Assembly: GCA_039683575.1 (NCBI GenBank)
Contig: JBDKRC010000302.1
Span: 11,173 to 75,172, forward strand
From: Armatimonadia bacterium
Lineage (GTDB): Bacteria > Armatimonadota > Zipacnadia > Zipacnadales > UBA11051
Length of the DNA stretch: 64,000 nucleotides
Reading direction: 5' to 3'
The notes under the pieces are model-generated. The model searched no databases and was not told the DNA's origin. It was given only the letters and a program-made list of their open reading frames with translations. Positions 9,587-19,667 of this stretch are shown one piece after another. The position numbers were made by a program, and so were the translations under genes. Positions within the stretch are counted from its first letter, which is position 1. Each line of letters starts with the position of its first letter.

Positions 9587-10417
9587 ATGACTACATACGC
9601 AATATCAACCTGGCTGGTCGGGCATGTACCCACCGACGAGGCAATCCGCCTCATGGCCGATTCCGGCTTCACACGGACCGAGCTCTCCGCCGACTGGGCG
9701 CCGATTGTCATTGCCTGGGAGCAGGCCCCTGTGGCTGTGTGCGCCCAACTGGCCGCGGCAGGGATCTCCGTGCCCTCGGTGCACAGCCCCGAGATGGGCC
9801 GGCGCCTGGACCTGCCGGATGACCAGGAGCGTTTGGCTTCTATACAAGACAATATCCGCTACTTCGGCCTGATGCAGGCCTGCGGCATCCCAGAGATCAT
9901 CATCCATCCAGTGAGCGGCGCGGCCGGCCAGGACGGCGCGGCCTGGGCAGCGGTGCCGGGACGGGTCCGGGAGTCGCTGAGAACGCTGGCAGAGGCGGCT
10001 GGGGAAGCCGGCATCCGGCTGGCAGTGGAAAACCTCGCTGTCACAGGCCGACCGGGGTCAACGATGGCCTCGATTCTGGAGATGATCGACGGCCTCGGCG
10101 ACCATGTGGGCCTGTGCATGGACATCGGCCACTCCCAGCAGGCGCATCTGGACCTGCTTGACGAGCTTTCCGTTGCCTTGTCGTCGGGGAAGCTATTGAC
10201 TCTTCACCTGCACGATGTCGATCCGGCCGGCAAGGACCACTACATCCCGGGCGAGGGCTGCCTTGACTTCGAGCCATACCTGGGGATGCTGAGGGCTCAT
10301 GGCTATGACGGCGGCCGGACCCTGGAGATCGCAGCAGCGCCCGCGGAGATAGTTGCGGAGCGGATCCGGCAGGCGGCAGAGGCGCGGGAGCGGTGGCAGG
10401 CAAGCGATAGTTGTTGA
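9587..10417 (+). CDS. Sugar phosphate isomerase/epimerase (xylose isomerase-like TIM barrel)
   Basis: LAVEN, CMDIGH, LHLHD, DHYIPGEG, TLE metal-binding motifs. Confidence 0.85.
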   Translation: MTTYAISTWLVGHVPTDEAIRLMADSGFTRTELSADWAPIVIAWEQAPVAVCAQLAAAGISVPSVHSPEMGRRLDLPDDQERLASIQDNIRYFGLMQACGIPEIIIHPVSGAAGQDGAAWAAVPGRVRESLRTLAEAAGEAGIRLAVENLAVTGRPGSTMASILEMIDGLGDHVGLCMDIGHSQQAHLDLLDELSVALSSGKLLTLHLHDVDPAGKDHYIPGEGCLDFEPYLGMLRAHGYDGGRTLEIAAAPAEIVAERIRQAAEARERWQASDSC

Positions 10418-10477
10418 TCAAGCACCAACCGGCCGCACTTGATAAGGATGAGTGTCATGTCCAGCTCTAGTCGTCAC

Positions 10478-13400
10478 ATGGCCAGGATTGCGATGCTGGC
10501 TGTAGTCCTGTTTGGGACGGTGAGTGTTTTGTCTGCCCAGAAGCCGCCAGCAATCGATTTTGCCGACTGGGAGGCACACCGCCTCCCGGTCGTACACCCA
10601 ACCACCGCGATCAAGACCGTGGACCTGGCCCGCGCTAAGGAGATGGCTGCGCGCTATGAGTGGGCGCGGTCCTATGTGGAGGCCCAGAGACGCGCCGCCA
10701 CAGCCATAGTGCCCGTCATTACCCCGGAGTATCTGGCTACGATGGTCGAGCGTACCACCCCTGGATGCACCGGCCCCTGCCCGGCATGCCGCGCCAAGGG
10801 CCTCCCCTGGCACCCCAGCGGGCAGTGGTCGTGGTCTAGCGACAAGCCAAATCAGCTCACCTGTCAGGTGTGCAAGACCGTCTTCCCCAATGAGCAGTAC
10901 CCGGAGAGCATTGTCCTGCAGAGCAAGTGGGACCCTGAGCAGAAGTTTGGCTTCTGTGAGGGTGACACTTTCTCTTGCTTTGGCTATACGACCCGCCCCA
11001 GCTTCACTGGCATCATCCGGGGAAGGAAGATCAGCCACGTTACCGGGCAACTGCGGACGCTGGCATGGGCCTGCGCGCTCACGGGCGAGCCCACGTTTGC
11101 CCGTGCGGCCAAGGCCATCTTCCTGCGCTTCGCTGAGGTCCTGCCCAAGTACCTGGTACGCGCGGGCTATTGCTATGGGGAGTACGCCGACTGCGATCCA
11201 CACGTGGCCGCCGAGCGCATCAGCAACCTGCCGACGGACGAACTGGCCTACCCGCCCAATAAGCCCGACCGCAAGCTGTGGGCGGGGTACTGGGCCGCCA
11301 GCCGTGTCGGCACCTCAGGCATGGACGGCTCATGGGTCTCGACGGTCACCCAGGCCTATGACTTGATCTGCACCGTCGAGGACAAGGGCGTTCCCGTGTT
11401 CTCTCCACAGGAGCGACAGCGCGTCGAGCGCGACGTGCTGCTTGAGAGCGCCTACCTGGCCGCCTGCGACACGGCGATCAACAACAAGTCGGTAGGCAAC
11501 CGCGCGGGCGCGGCGATGGTGGGCATGTGCGTTGGCTACCCGCCGCTGGTGCACTTCGGCCTTGAGGGCTTCCGGAAGACTGTTGATGAATGGTTCCTGC
11601 CCGACGGCGGGACCTCAGAGTCGCCGGCCTATGCCATGATGACGATGGGAGGCATTGACGACTTCGGGCTGATGTTCCGTGACTACTCGGACCCGCCCGC
11701 GTACGTTCCCCCCGCCGACGCACAGCGGCTGGACCATTTCGATGCCTGCCGCGACACCCGCTACGGGGACTGCTGGCAGAGCCTGATCTGGAGCCTGCAG
11801 GGCAACCTGCGCTGGGCACCGCAGGCTGACTCGTACCGCACCTCGTCTCTCGGGGCGGGCAACGCTGAGCTGATCGCGGCCGAGTACCCGACGGAGCAGC
11901 ACCTGGCGCTGCTGAAGGAGTGCCTGGGCGGGAACCTGACGGGCGGCTCGCCTGACCGGGCGCTCTTCTACCGTGAGCCGGGCCTGGAAACCCGGACAGT
12001 GGCCCCCTTCGTGCTGCCAGACATCGTGTTCCCGTTCCTGTCACAGGGGTACCTGAGGACCGGGGCAACCGGGCACGACAGCATGGCGCTGCTCAATGCC
12101 AGCGACTACGGCGGGCACCACCACCTTGATAGTCTTGATTTGTACTACTGGAAGGACGGCCGGGAGCTGCTCTCTGACCTGGGGTACCTTTGGGATCATC
12201 CAGATTCCTACCAGACTCGCAAGACCCTGTCCCATAACACGGTGCTCATCGACGGCGAGGATCAGAGGGGCAACGGGCGCGGCGGGAGCTTCGAATTATT
12301 CGCGACCACTCCCCGAGTCAAAGTCATGGAGGCTTCCTCGACCGCGTACGCCAAGGCCATCACCTACCGCCGCACGTGCGTGCAGGTTGACCACGGCTCT
12401 GCAGGCTCCTATCTGCTGGACGTCTTCCGGGCTGAGGGCGGTGGAGAACGGAAGTATGTCTTCCACGGTCCTGGCACAGACTACCGGGTCTCCGGCCTGA
12501 CGCTTACGCCCAGTGCGACGACCACGCGGACGGTGCCCTTCGTGGTGCGCCTGCAACTGTCGCAGGTGAGCGAGATTCAGGTTGACGAGGCGGAGGTTCA
12601 CCAACTGCTGCCGGATGGCAAGGAGGGGCCGAACCTGGTTGCTTCTCCCGGCAACGCCGAGGTGGGTTCCCATCCGGCTGGCTGGGGCTACTATGGTGGT
12701 GACGGCAGCGGCGAATGGGGCTTGGCGGAGGCGGGGCGCAGCGGGGGTAAGTGCGTTCAACTACGGGCGCTAAAGGCTCAGGAGACGGGCGACACGAAGG
12801 GCCGCGTGAACCTGGCGCTAACAATCGGCGAGTCTGACGGCTACAAGGGGGCGAAGGCCTTCCCCGGAATTGCCGGTGGAAAGTACGTCGTGCGCTTCTG
12901 GCTCAAGGGCAACGCGCCGGCGGTGAACATGGACTGCACCATGTGGCCTAATGATCCTTCCTCCCCGGCGGACCGGCGCTCTGTGGGCATCCGCAAGATC
13001 GAGGCCACACCGACATGGACCAAGGTGGAAGCGACCTTTGCCCTGTCCGACAGCCGTCTGAAGCTGGAGAACGCGCGCGAGGCTTCGGGTGGTGAGCCCT
13101 GGCAAGCCACCTGGACCCTCGACGACGGCTACACGTTCACCGCGATGGCCCCCGGCAACAGTCGCGAGACCGTCACCGTGGCCGATGGCTGGGGACAGCG
13201 GGACCATCGTAACAGCGACGTGGGCGCGAAGCTGCCCTATATTGTGCGCACCTGCAAAGGTCAGAGCCTTGACCAGTTCGTGACGGTGTTCGCGGGCGCG
13301 GCGAAGGGGCAGGCACTGGTTACAGGGGTACGGGTGCTGCCGTTGCCGGCAGGCGCCCCGCGAGACGCCGTCGCCGTCGAGGTGCAGACCACTGCGGGCA

Positions 13401-13852
13401 CAGATCTAGTCGTGTCGATGCTGACCCCGCAGCCCCTGAGTCTGACCACCGCGCTCGGGCCGGTCCTGACTGACGGGCGGCTGGCTGCCGTCATTGGCGA
13501 AGCTGGCAAACCCACCGCGGCCGCCCTGGTGGGGGGGACAAAGCTCTCCGTGGCCGGTACGGACGTCACCTGCCCCGCGGCGACATACAGCGGGCGGATC
13601 GTTGAGAACGCCAGCGGGCGCGGGGAGTCGCACTACATGCTTGAGGGGAAGCTGGACGCAGGGCCGGGTCTCGTGGGCCAGACGCTGTTCGTGCAGGACG
13701 GGCCAATCCAGCGCGCCTACCCGATCCGGGGCCTGGAGACAGCGAACGACCAGACGAAGGTCTACACCAAGCGTGATAACGTAGGCTTTGAGGCGCGACC
13801 GGGTGCGACCTGGCAGGTGTTCCCTGTCGCGGCATGGGAGCGCAGGCCGTAA
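10478..13852 (+). CDS. Secreted heparinase II/III-like polysaccharide lyase with inserted carbohydrate-binding module
   Basis: Signal peptide; DGGTSESPAYA, GHHHLDSL, DLGY, SHNTVLIDG motifs; internal CBM4/9-like segment. Exact start uncertain (10448-10493). Confidence 0.8.
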   Translation: MARIAMLAVVLFGTVSVLSAQKPPAIDFADWEAHRLPVVHPTTAIKTVDLARAKEMAARYEWARSYVEAQRRAATAIVPVITPEYLATMVERTTPGCTGPCPACRAKGLPWHPSGQWSWSSDKPNQLTCQVCKTVFPNEQYPESIVLQSKWDPEQKFGFCEGDTFSCFGYTTRPSFTGIIRGRKISHVTGQLRTLAWACALTGEPTFARAAKAIFLRFAEVLPKYLVRAGYCYGEYADCDPHVAAERISNLPTDELAYPPNKPDRKLWAGYWAASRVGTSGMDGSWVSTVTQAYDLICTVEDKGVPVFSPQERQRVERDVLLESAYLAACDTAINNKSVGNRAGAAMVGMCVGYPPLVHFGLEGFRKTVDEWFLPDGGTSESPAYAMMTMGGIDDFGLMFRDYSDPPAYVPPADAQRLDHFDACRDTRYGDCWQSLIWSLQGNLRWAPQADSYRTSSLGAGNAELIAAEYPTEQHLALLKECLGGNLTGGSPDRALFYREPGLETRTVAPFVLPDIVFPFLSQGYLRTGATGHDSMALLNASDYGGHHHLDSLDLYYWKDGRELLSDLGYLWDHPDSYQTRKTLSHNTVLIDGEDQRGNGRGGSFELFATTPRVKVMEASSTAYAKAITYRRTCVQVDHGSAGSYLLDVFRAEGGGERKYVFHGPGTDYRVSGLTLTPSATTTRTVPFVVRLQLSQVSEIQVDEAEVHQLLPDGKEGPNLVASPGNAEVGSHPAGWGYYGGDGSGEWGLAEAGRSGGKCVQLRALKAQETGDTKGRVNLALTIGESDGYKGAKAFPGIAGGKYVVRFWLKGNAPAVNMDCTMWPNDPSSPADRRSVGIRKIEATPTWTKVEATFALSDSRLKLENAREASGGEPWQATWTLDDGYTFTAMAPGNSRETVTVADGWGQRDHRNSDVGAKLPYIVRTCKGQSLDQFVTVFAGAAKGQALVTGVRVLPLPAGAPRDAVAVEVQTTAGTDLVVSMLTPQPLSLTTALGPVLTDGRLAAVIGEAGKPTAAALVGGTKLSVAGTDVTCPAATYSGRIVENASGRGESHYMLEGKLDAGPGLVGQTLFVQDGPIQRAYPIRGLETANDQTKVYTKRDNVGFEARPGATWQVFPVAAWERRP

Positions 13853-13855
13853 GGT

Positions 13856-15084
13856 CTATTTGGCAGCGAGACGGCTCTTGAGCCAGCAGTAGATGACATC
13901 GCCCATCTGGTTGTAGCCAGCCGGCGCGGGGTGCAGTCCGTTGCCATGCGCGCGATTTGCGTCTCAGCATGTGCGTTGGCTGGCGCGGTCTTCGTTGGAT
14001 AGCCGTGAACGGTGTCGAGCTCCACGAAGACCGGCACCAGGTAGAGCCCCTCCGCCTCGCGCCCGCCGTAGGTCTGGTACTCGCGCTCGGTCGTGCGGTG
14101 CTGGTTGCGCCGGTACTGCCAGCGGGTCTGGCTGGTGCCGTAGTTGGCGCCGAAAGCGTCCTGACTGGCGGCTGGCGGGGTCATGGGCACGATCCCGATC
14201 TGCGCCTTTGGAGCCGCCGCACGGATTGCCGCGATGAGTTGGTCGAGGTAACTGAACATCGTGTCAATGCGTTGCTCGATGTCCGCCTCGGTCGCCGTGA
14301 AGTTGTCGTTGCCACCGAGCAGGATGGTGATGAAGTCGGGGGGCTGGCCAGCATTGTTGCGGTCGAGGTAACGCTGGAAGTCCAGCCGATGTTGCCCGTC
14401 GACCTCGAACAGGAACGGGCTGCGGCCGCGACGGCGCGCACCATCCTGCTCGACGAAGTCCTGCCCATCTGCCCAGTTCTCAACGAAGGTTCGGCAACTC
14501 CAGCCGCCGTAGCCCTCATGGCGGTTACCAGTATCGCCCCCCGGACCGCCCTCCCCGATGAGCTTCAGATCAAGCGCCTTATCCTCTGCGGATAGAGCCA
14601 CCAAACGCGCGGTATAGACCGACGCCGCTGTCCCGCTGGCGCCAACGCACAGCAGTGTGACTTTGCGCCCTGCCCCGGCTTTGGGATCGATCACGCGCAA
14701 CGTCGTGGTCATCTCCACCACCGTCTGCACCTCGGGCGTCACCACGCGCACCTTGAGCGGATGGTCGCCGACCTGCTCGACGGTAGGCATGGCCGTCCAG
14801 CGCTCTTCCTGGTGGGTGCCGAAATCGCAGTCAACATCCCAAAGTAAGCCCCGGCTATTGGGGCTCAGGATGATGTTATCAAAGTAGACGTTAGCCTCGA
14901 CGCCCGGGAGAGCGTAGATCTCCGAAGGCAAGATGGGGCGCAGGTTGGACGTGGATGCAGCGACAGGCACGGGATTCACTGGTTTGGCCTCCTGATTGGG
15001 GCTGAGCTCTTGTGCATTGGCCCAACAAATGGCCGCTGGCAGACATACGAGCGCCGTCATCATCCGCTTCCACGTCGGCTTCAT
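13856..15084 (-). pseudogene. Secreted SGNH/GDSL hydrolase with a 1-nt frameshift near 13944
   Basis: Signal peptide; VGASGT, HEGYGGW, LGGND blocks. The catalytic block NGLHPAPAGYNQMGDVIYCWLKSRLAAK* lies in another frame, ending at 13856. Confidence 0.75.
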
Positions 15085-15143
15085 GAGCGGCTGCTCCTCA
15101 CGTGCGGGTCGGATTCTGACAGGTGTCTGCTGACACCGGAGGG

Positions 15144-17000
15144 TCACGGGATCTCGCATTCGCCGCCGACGGCGTCGAGATCGCCGAACTGCAGTTGGTG
15201 TAGGCGGTAGTAGGTCCCTCGTGCGGCCAGGAGGTCCGCGTGTGTGCCCTGCTCCACGATCCGGCCGCCCTCCAGGACCATGATGCGGTCAGACCGGCGG
15301 ATGGTGCTGAGGCGGTGAGCGATCACGAAGGCCGTGCGTCCCTCCATCAGCCGCAGCATCGCCTGCTGGATGTGTACCTCGGTGCGGGTGTCTACGCTGC
15401 TGGTTGCCTCGTCGAGCACCAGTACCTTCGGGTCGGCCAGGACGGCGCGGGCGATGGCGATTAGCTGGCGCTGGCCCTGGCTGAGGCTGCCGCCGGCCTC
15501 GCTCAGAACCGTGTCGAAGCCGCGTGGCAGGCGGCGGATGAAGCCTGCGGCGTTGGCCACGACGGCGGCCTCTTCGACCTCGGCGTCAGTGGCGTCCAGC
15601 CGCCCGTAGCGGATGTTCTCGCGGACCGTATCGGCCAGTAGGAAAGTGTCCTGCAGCACGATGCCCAGTGCGCCTCGCAAGTCGTTACGCCGCACGTTGC
15701 GCAGGTCGTGACCGTCGAGTCGGATCACACCGCTCCCGACGTCATAGAAGCGGCTGAGCAGGTTGATGATCGTGGTCTTCCCGGCACCGGTGCTGCCGAC
15801 CAGGGCGATGGTCTCACCGGCTTTGGCGGTGAAGGTAACGTCGCGCAGGACGGGCTTGTCCGGCACATAACCAAACTCCACGTGGTCGAACTCAACCTCC
15901 CCCCGCAGCTCTGTCAGCGCCACAGCGTCCGCGGCGTCTGGCGTTTCGGTGGGCTCGTCCAGTAGCCCAAACACCCGCTCGGCACCGGCGATGGCGGCCT
16001 GTACCGTGCCCCACAACTGCGCGAGTTGGTTGAGGGGGCGCGTGAAGTGCTGGGAGTAGTTGATGAAGGCAGCGACCACGCCGATGGTCGCCCAGCCGCG
16101 CAGGACCATCCAGGCGCCGGCAGCGGCAATCACGGCGAAGGTGATGTTCCGCGACATGTTCATCGCCGGGCCCATGCTGCCCATGAGAATGCCTGCCCTG
16201 GTGGCGCTGCGGCGGAGGTTGGCATTGGCCTCGTCAAACCGGGCGGTCACCCCTGGCTCGCCACGGTACGCCACGACGGCTTGTTGACCACTGATAGTCT
16301 CTTCGACCAGGCCATTCAGTGTGCCCAGGTCGCGCTGACGGTCGCGGTACGCCTGGCGGCTGATCGTCGAGATGATGTGCGTGCTCACGAAGATGAGCGG
16401 CGTGGTGGCCGCCGTCACCAGCGCCAGACGCCAGTTCATGAGCGCCATCGCAGTACCCGCCCCGAGGACGGTCAGGACGCTGGAGAGAAGCTGAGTCACC
16501 GTCTGGGCCAGGGCGTTGTTGACGGCGTCTGTGTCATTGGTCAGGCGACTCATGGTGTCGCCATGGGGGGTGGTGTCGAAGAAACGCAGCGGAAGGCGGG
16601 CCAGGCGCGCGAAGATATCGCGACGCAAGTCGCGCAAGGTCTTCTGCGAGAGGCGCAGCATCAGAACGGTTTGCGCCCAGGTACCGGCTGAGGACAGCAC
16701 GAGGGCGGCGATCATCAGCCAGATGATCCGCCAGATGTCGCGCATCCGGTGGGGCTCGATGTACTTGTCTACTGAAAGGCCGATCAGATACGGGTTCAGC
16801 AGCGTCAGGCCGGTGCTTGCCACGACCAGCAGCGTGACCCAGGCCAGGCCCGCGCGGTAGCGCCGCAAGTAGCTCCACAAGCGCCGCAGGACCTCCGGGA
16901 TGTTCTCCGCCTTGTCCACGTGGATCATGCCGAGTGGCCCGCGCCCACGGTGCGGTCCCATCATTTCGTGCATGCCACCTGCCCCGCGCCGGTTAGACAT
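15144..17000 (-). CDS. ABC exporter ATPase/permease subunit (TM288-like)
   Basis: TM domain; GSTGAGKT, LSQGQRQ, LVLDE, IAHR motifs. Confidence 0.92.
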   Translation of the reverse strand: MSNRRGAGGMHEMMGPHRGRGPLGMIHVDKAENIPEVLRRLWSYLRRYRAGLAWVTLLVVASTGLTLLNPYLIGLSVDKYIEPHRMRDIWRIIWLMIAALVLSSAGTWAQTVLMLRLSQKTLRDLRRDIFARLARLPLRFFDTTPHGDTMSRLTNDTDAVNNALAQTVTQLLSSVLTVLGAGTAMALMNWRLALVTAATTPLIFVSTHIISTISRQAYRDRQRDLGTLNGLVEETISGQQAVVAYRGEPGVTARFDEANANLRRSATRAGILMGSMGPAMNMSRNITFAVIAAAGAWMVLRGWATIGVVAAFINYSQHFTRPLNQLAQLWGTVQAAIAGAERVFGLLDEPTETPDAADAVALTELRGEVEFDHVEFGYVPDKPVLRDVTFTAKAGETIALVGSTGAGKTTIINLLSRFYDVGSGVIRLDGHDLRNVRRNDLRGALGIVLQDTFLLADTVRENIRYGRLDATDAEVEEAAVVANAAGFIRRLPRGFDTVLSEAGGSLSQGQRQLIAIARAVLADPKVLVLDEATSSVDTRTEVHIQQAMLRLMEGRTAFVIAHRLSTIRRSDRIMVLEGGRIVEQGTHADLLAARGTYYRLHQLQFGDLDAVGGECEIP

Positions 17001-18738
17001 GTGCATCCGCCCCCTCGTCAAGTTGGGAATGCACGATGTCGCGGTAGGTGGGACTTGCTTCGAGCAACTCGCGGTGGGTCCCCTCCGCCGAGATGACGCC
17101 GTCCTCCAGTACCAGTATCTTGTCGGCATTGAGCACTGAGCCGATACGCTGGGCGACTATGAGACGAGTGCAGGCGGGGACCATTTCGTCCAGAGCCCGC
17201 ATCAGGCAGGCCTCGGTAGCGGCGTCGAGGGCGCTGGCACAGTCATCGAGAAGCAGCACGGCCGGCTGGCACAACAGGCCGCGGGCCATCGCGAGGCGCT
17301 GCTTCTGGCCGCCGGAGAAGTTGACGCCGCGCTGGCCCAGGGCTGTGTCGTAGCCTTCGGGCAGGGCCGAGATGAAGTCGTGAGCCTGGGCTATCCGCGC
17401 GGCCTGCTCGACCTCCTCGTCAGTGGCCTCCGGGCGACCGTAGCGGATGTTGTCGCGGACGCTGCCGCTGAACAAGATGGTCTCCTGCAGCACGATCACC
17501 ACGTCCCGCCGCAGGTCCTCCTGACGCAAGTCGCGTACGTCCAGGCCATCAACAAGCACACGGCCGCCGCTCACATCAAAGAAGCGCGGGACGAGTTGCA
17601 CGAGAGTGGACTTACCCGAGCCGGTTGCGCCCACGAGGGCGACGGTCTGCCCCGGCTCGGCGACGAAGGAGACGCCCCGCAGCACCGGCTCCGCGCCAGC
17701 GGCATCGTAGCTGAAGTGAACGTCCTCAAACTCCACTCTGCCCCGCGTCAGCTCATGTGGCATTGCTTGCGGCAGGTTCTGGACCTCGGGCTCGGAGTGC
17801 AGCACCTCCAGGACGCGTTCGGCGGAGGCGTCAGCCTGGGCCACGCGCATTACGAGCATGCCGACCATCATGAGAGAGGAGAGCATCTGCAGAAGGTAGT
17901 TGATGAAGGCCAGCAGTTGCCCCACGTGTGCCCTCCCCGCCTGTACCTCCCACCCGCCAAACCAGATGACGCCGACCACGCCGAGGTTGATGAGCAGCAT
18001 CATGACCGGCATGACGGTGGCCACGAGCGTCGAAGCGCGGACGGTGGCGTCCATGAAGTCATCGTTGCGGGCGCCAAAGCGACGGCTCTCGTGCGCCTCC
18101 CGTACGAAAGCCTTGATGACCCGCACCCCCGCGAGGTTCTCCTGCATGACAGTGTTGACGCGGTCGAGCCGCTCTTGAACCGCCAGAAACAGCACGTGCC
18201 CGCGACGGCTCACGACCACGAGCGTGAGGACGAGCAGCGGGCTGATGGCCAGGAGCAGAAGTGAGAGCTTGGGGTCGGTCAGGACTGCCATGATGAGGCT
18301 GCCGATGACGAGCAGCGGGGCGCGGACGAGGATGCGCATGAACATCTCTGCCGCTTGCTGTACCTGATCCACATCGTTGGTCAGCCGGGTGATGAGGCGG
18401 CCGGTCTCGAGGCGTTCGAGGTTGCCGAACGACAGCGACTGAATCTTGCGGAAGACAGCGCCGCGGACATCGGCGCCGAAGCCAAGCCCGGCGATTGTGG
18501 CGAAGATGCCGCAGGCCACGCCGCCGATGAGGCCAACTATGCCCGCGCCAACCATCAGCCAGCCGACGTGCATCACGAGCGGCAGGTCGCCTTTGGCGAG
18601 ACCGGTATCAACGATGGTCTGGAGCAGGCGCGGCTGGGCCAGGTCCATGGCCACTTCGAGTGCCATGAACAAGGGCGCCAGCAGGGCGGGCAGCCAGTAC
18701 GGCTTCATATGAGGGATCAGACGCCAGAGGAAACTCAC
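16993..18738 (-). CDS. ABC exporter ATPase/permease subunit (TM287-like, degenerate site)
   Basis: GATGSGKS, FSGGQKQR, Walker B LLLDD (catalytic E>D) and switch VAQR (H>Q), typical of heterodimeric exporters. Confidence 0.92.
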   Translation of the reverse strand: MSFLWRLIPHMKPYWLPALLAPLFMALEVAMDLAQPRLLQTIVDTGLAKGDLPLVMHVGWLMVGAGIVGLIGGVACGIFATIAGLGFGADVRGAVFRKIQSLSFGNLERLETGRLITRLTNDVDQVQQAAEMFMRILVRAPLLVIGSLIMAVLTDPKLSLLLLAISPLLVLTLVVVSRRGHVLFLAVQERLDRVNTVMQENLAGVRVIKAFVREAHESRRFGARNDDFMDATVRASTLVATVMPVMMLLINLGVVGVIWFGGWEVQAGRAHVGQLLAFINYLLQMLSSLMMVGMLVMRVAQADASAERVLEVLHSEPEVQNLPQAMPHELTRGRVEFEDVHFSYDAAGAEPVLRGVSFVAEPGQTVALVGATGSGKSTLVQLVPRFFDVSGGRVLVDGLDVRDLRQEDLRRDVVIVLQETILFSGSVRDNIRYGRPEATDEEVEQAARIAQAHDFISALPEGYDTALGQRGVNFSGGQKQRLAMARGLLCQPAVLLLDDCASALDAATEACLMRALDEMVPACTRLIVAQRIGSVLNADKILVLEDGVISAEGTHRELLEASPTYRDIVHSQLDEGADAHV

Positions 18739-18788
18739 GGTACTTCGTCCAGACGCTTACTTGCAGAAGGTGTTGTCGGCCACGTAGC

Positions 18789-19622
18789 CTAGGCGGCGGC
18801 GATGGCCCCGGTCAGACGGTTCGCGAGGGTGGCTGCCTCGCGCAGGAAGGGGGCCTCATCCTCATAGCCTGAGCGTGTCATGGAGAGCTCCAGGTTGACC
18901 CACTTGCGGTAGCTCGACCCGGCGATCAGCCCGGCCAGCCGCCCCCAGTCCAGTGTGCCCATGAAGGGCAACTGGTGAAGGTCGCCGCTGCCATCGTTGT
19001 CATGCAGATGCACGGCGATCAGCCGTCCCGCGTGGGTTGCCAACTGGTCCAGCCCGTCACCGGAGATGTTACCATGCCCGGAATCATAGCACAGACCCAC
19101 GAATTCCGGGGTGTATTCAGACAGGACCCTGGTGATCGGGAGCCAACTCTCGGGAGTGCCGCCGTTCTCGAGCGCGAGGCGGACGCCCGTCGCCCGGCTG
19201 CAGTGCGCGAGAGTGTCCAGCGACCGTCGCACGCGGTCCCAGTATGCGAGACGCGCGGGTTCGTCCGTGGGCTCCAGGGGGATGTGGAGCACCGCAACGT
19301 CGGACCCGAGGCGAGACGTCATCTCCAGGCGATTGGCCACAAGCTCCACCCCGGCCAGACGCTCGTACTCCTGGGCTGAGGCCCAGCCCTTCTCGCTCCC
19401 CGCTGAAGCATGGATATCGGTGACCCTGAGGCCAAGCTCTTGCAGCCACTGCAGGATCTGGTTGACCTCGGAGGTGGAGTACAGGAAGTCGGTGTTCCAC
19501 TGGTGGCACCAGTGGATGTGGGTGAAGCCGGCCTCGGCGATGGCCTTCAGATGCGGGTAGGGGTTGCCGGTGCCTTGCTTGTAGTCAGTGGCGATGGAGA
19601 TCATAGCTGTCTGATTGGTCAT
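18789..19622 (-). CDS. Sugar phosphate isomerase/epimerase (TIM barrel)
   Basis: LALEN, CYDSGH, VHLHDNDG, DLHQLPF, NLE motifs. Confidence 0.85.
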   Translation of the reverse strand: MTNQTAMISIATDYKQGTGNPYPHLKAIAEAGFTHIHWCHQWNTDFLYSTSEVNQILQWLQELGLRVTDIHASAGSEKGWASAQEYERLAGVELVANRLEMTSRLGSDVAVLHIPLEPTDEPARLAYWDRVRRSLDTLAHCSRATGVRLALENGGTPESWLPITRVLSEYTPEFVGLCYDSGHGNISGDGLDQLATHAGRLIAVHLHDNDGSGDLHQLPFMGTLDWGRLAGLIAGSSYRKWVNLELSMTRSGYEDEAPFLREAATLANRLTGAIAAA

Positions 19623-19667
19623 CGGCGGGTGGGATACCTGCGTGAGGCCCCGTTCCCAGGAATGCCC

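Noticed and set aside
15144-18738. Degenerate ATPase motifs as a sign of inactivation
   Set aside because: Normal asymmetry of TM287/288-type heterodimeric exporters.
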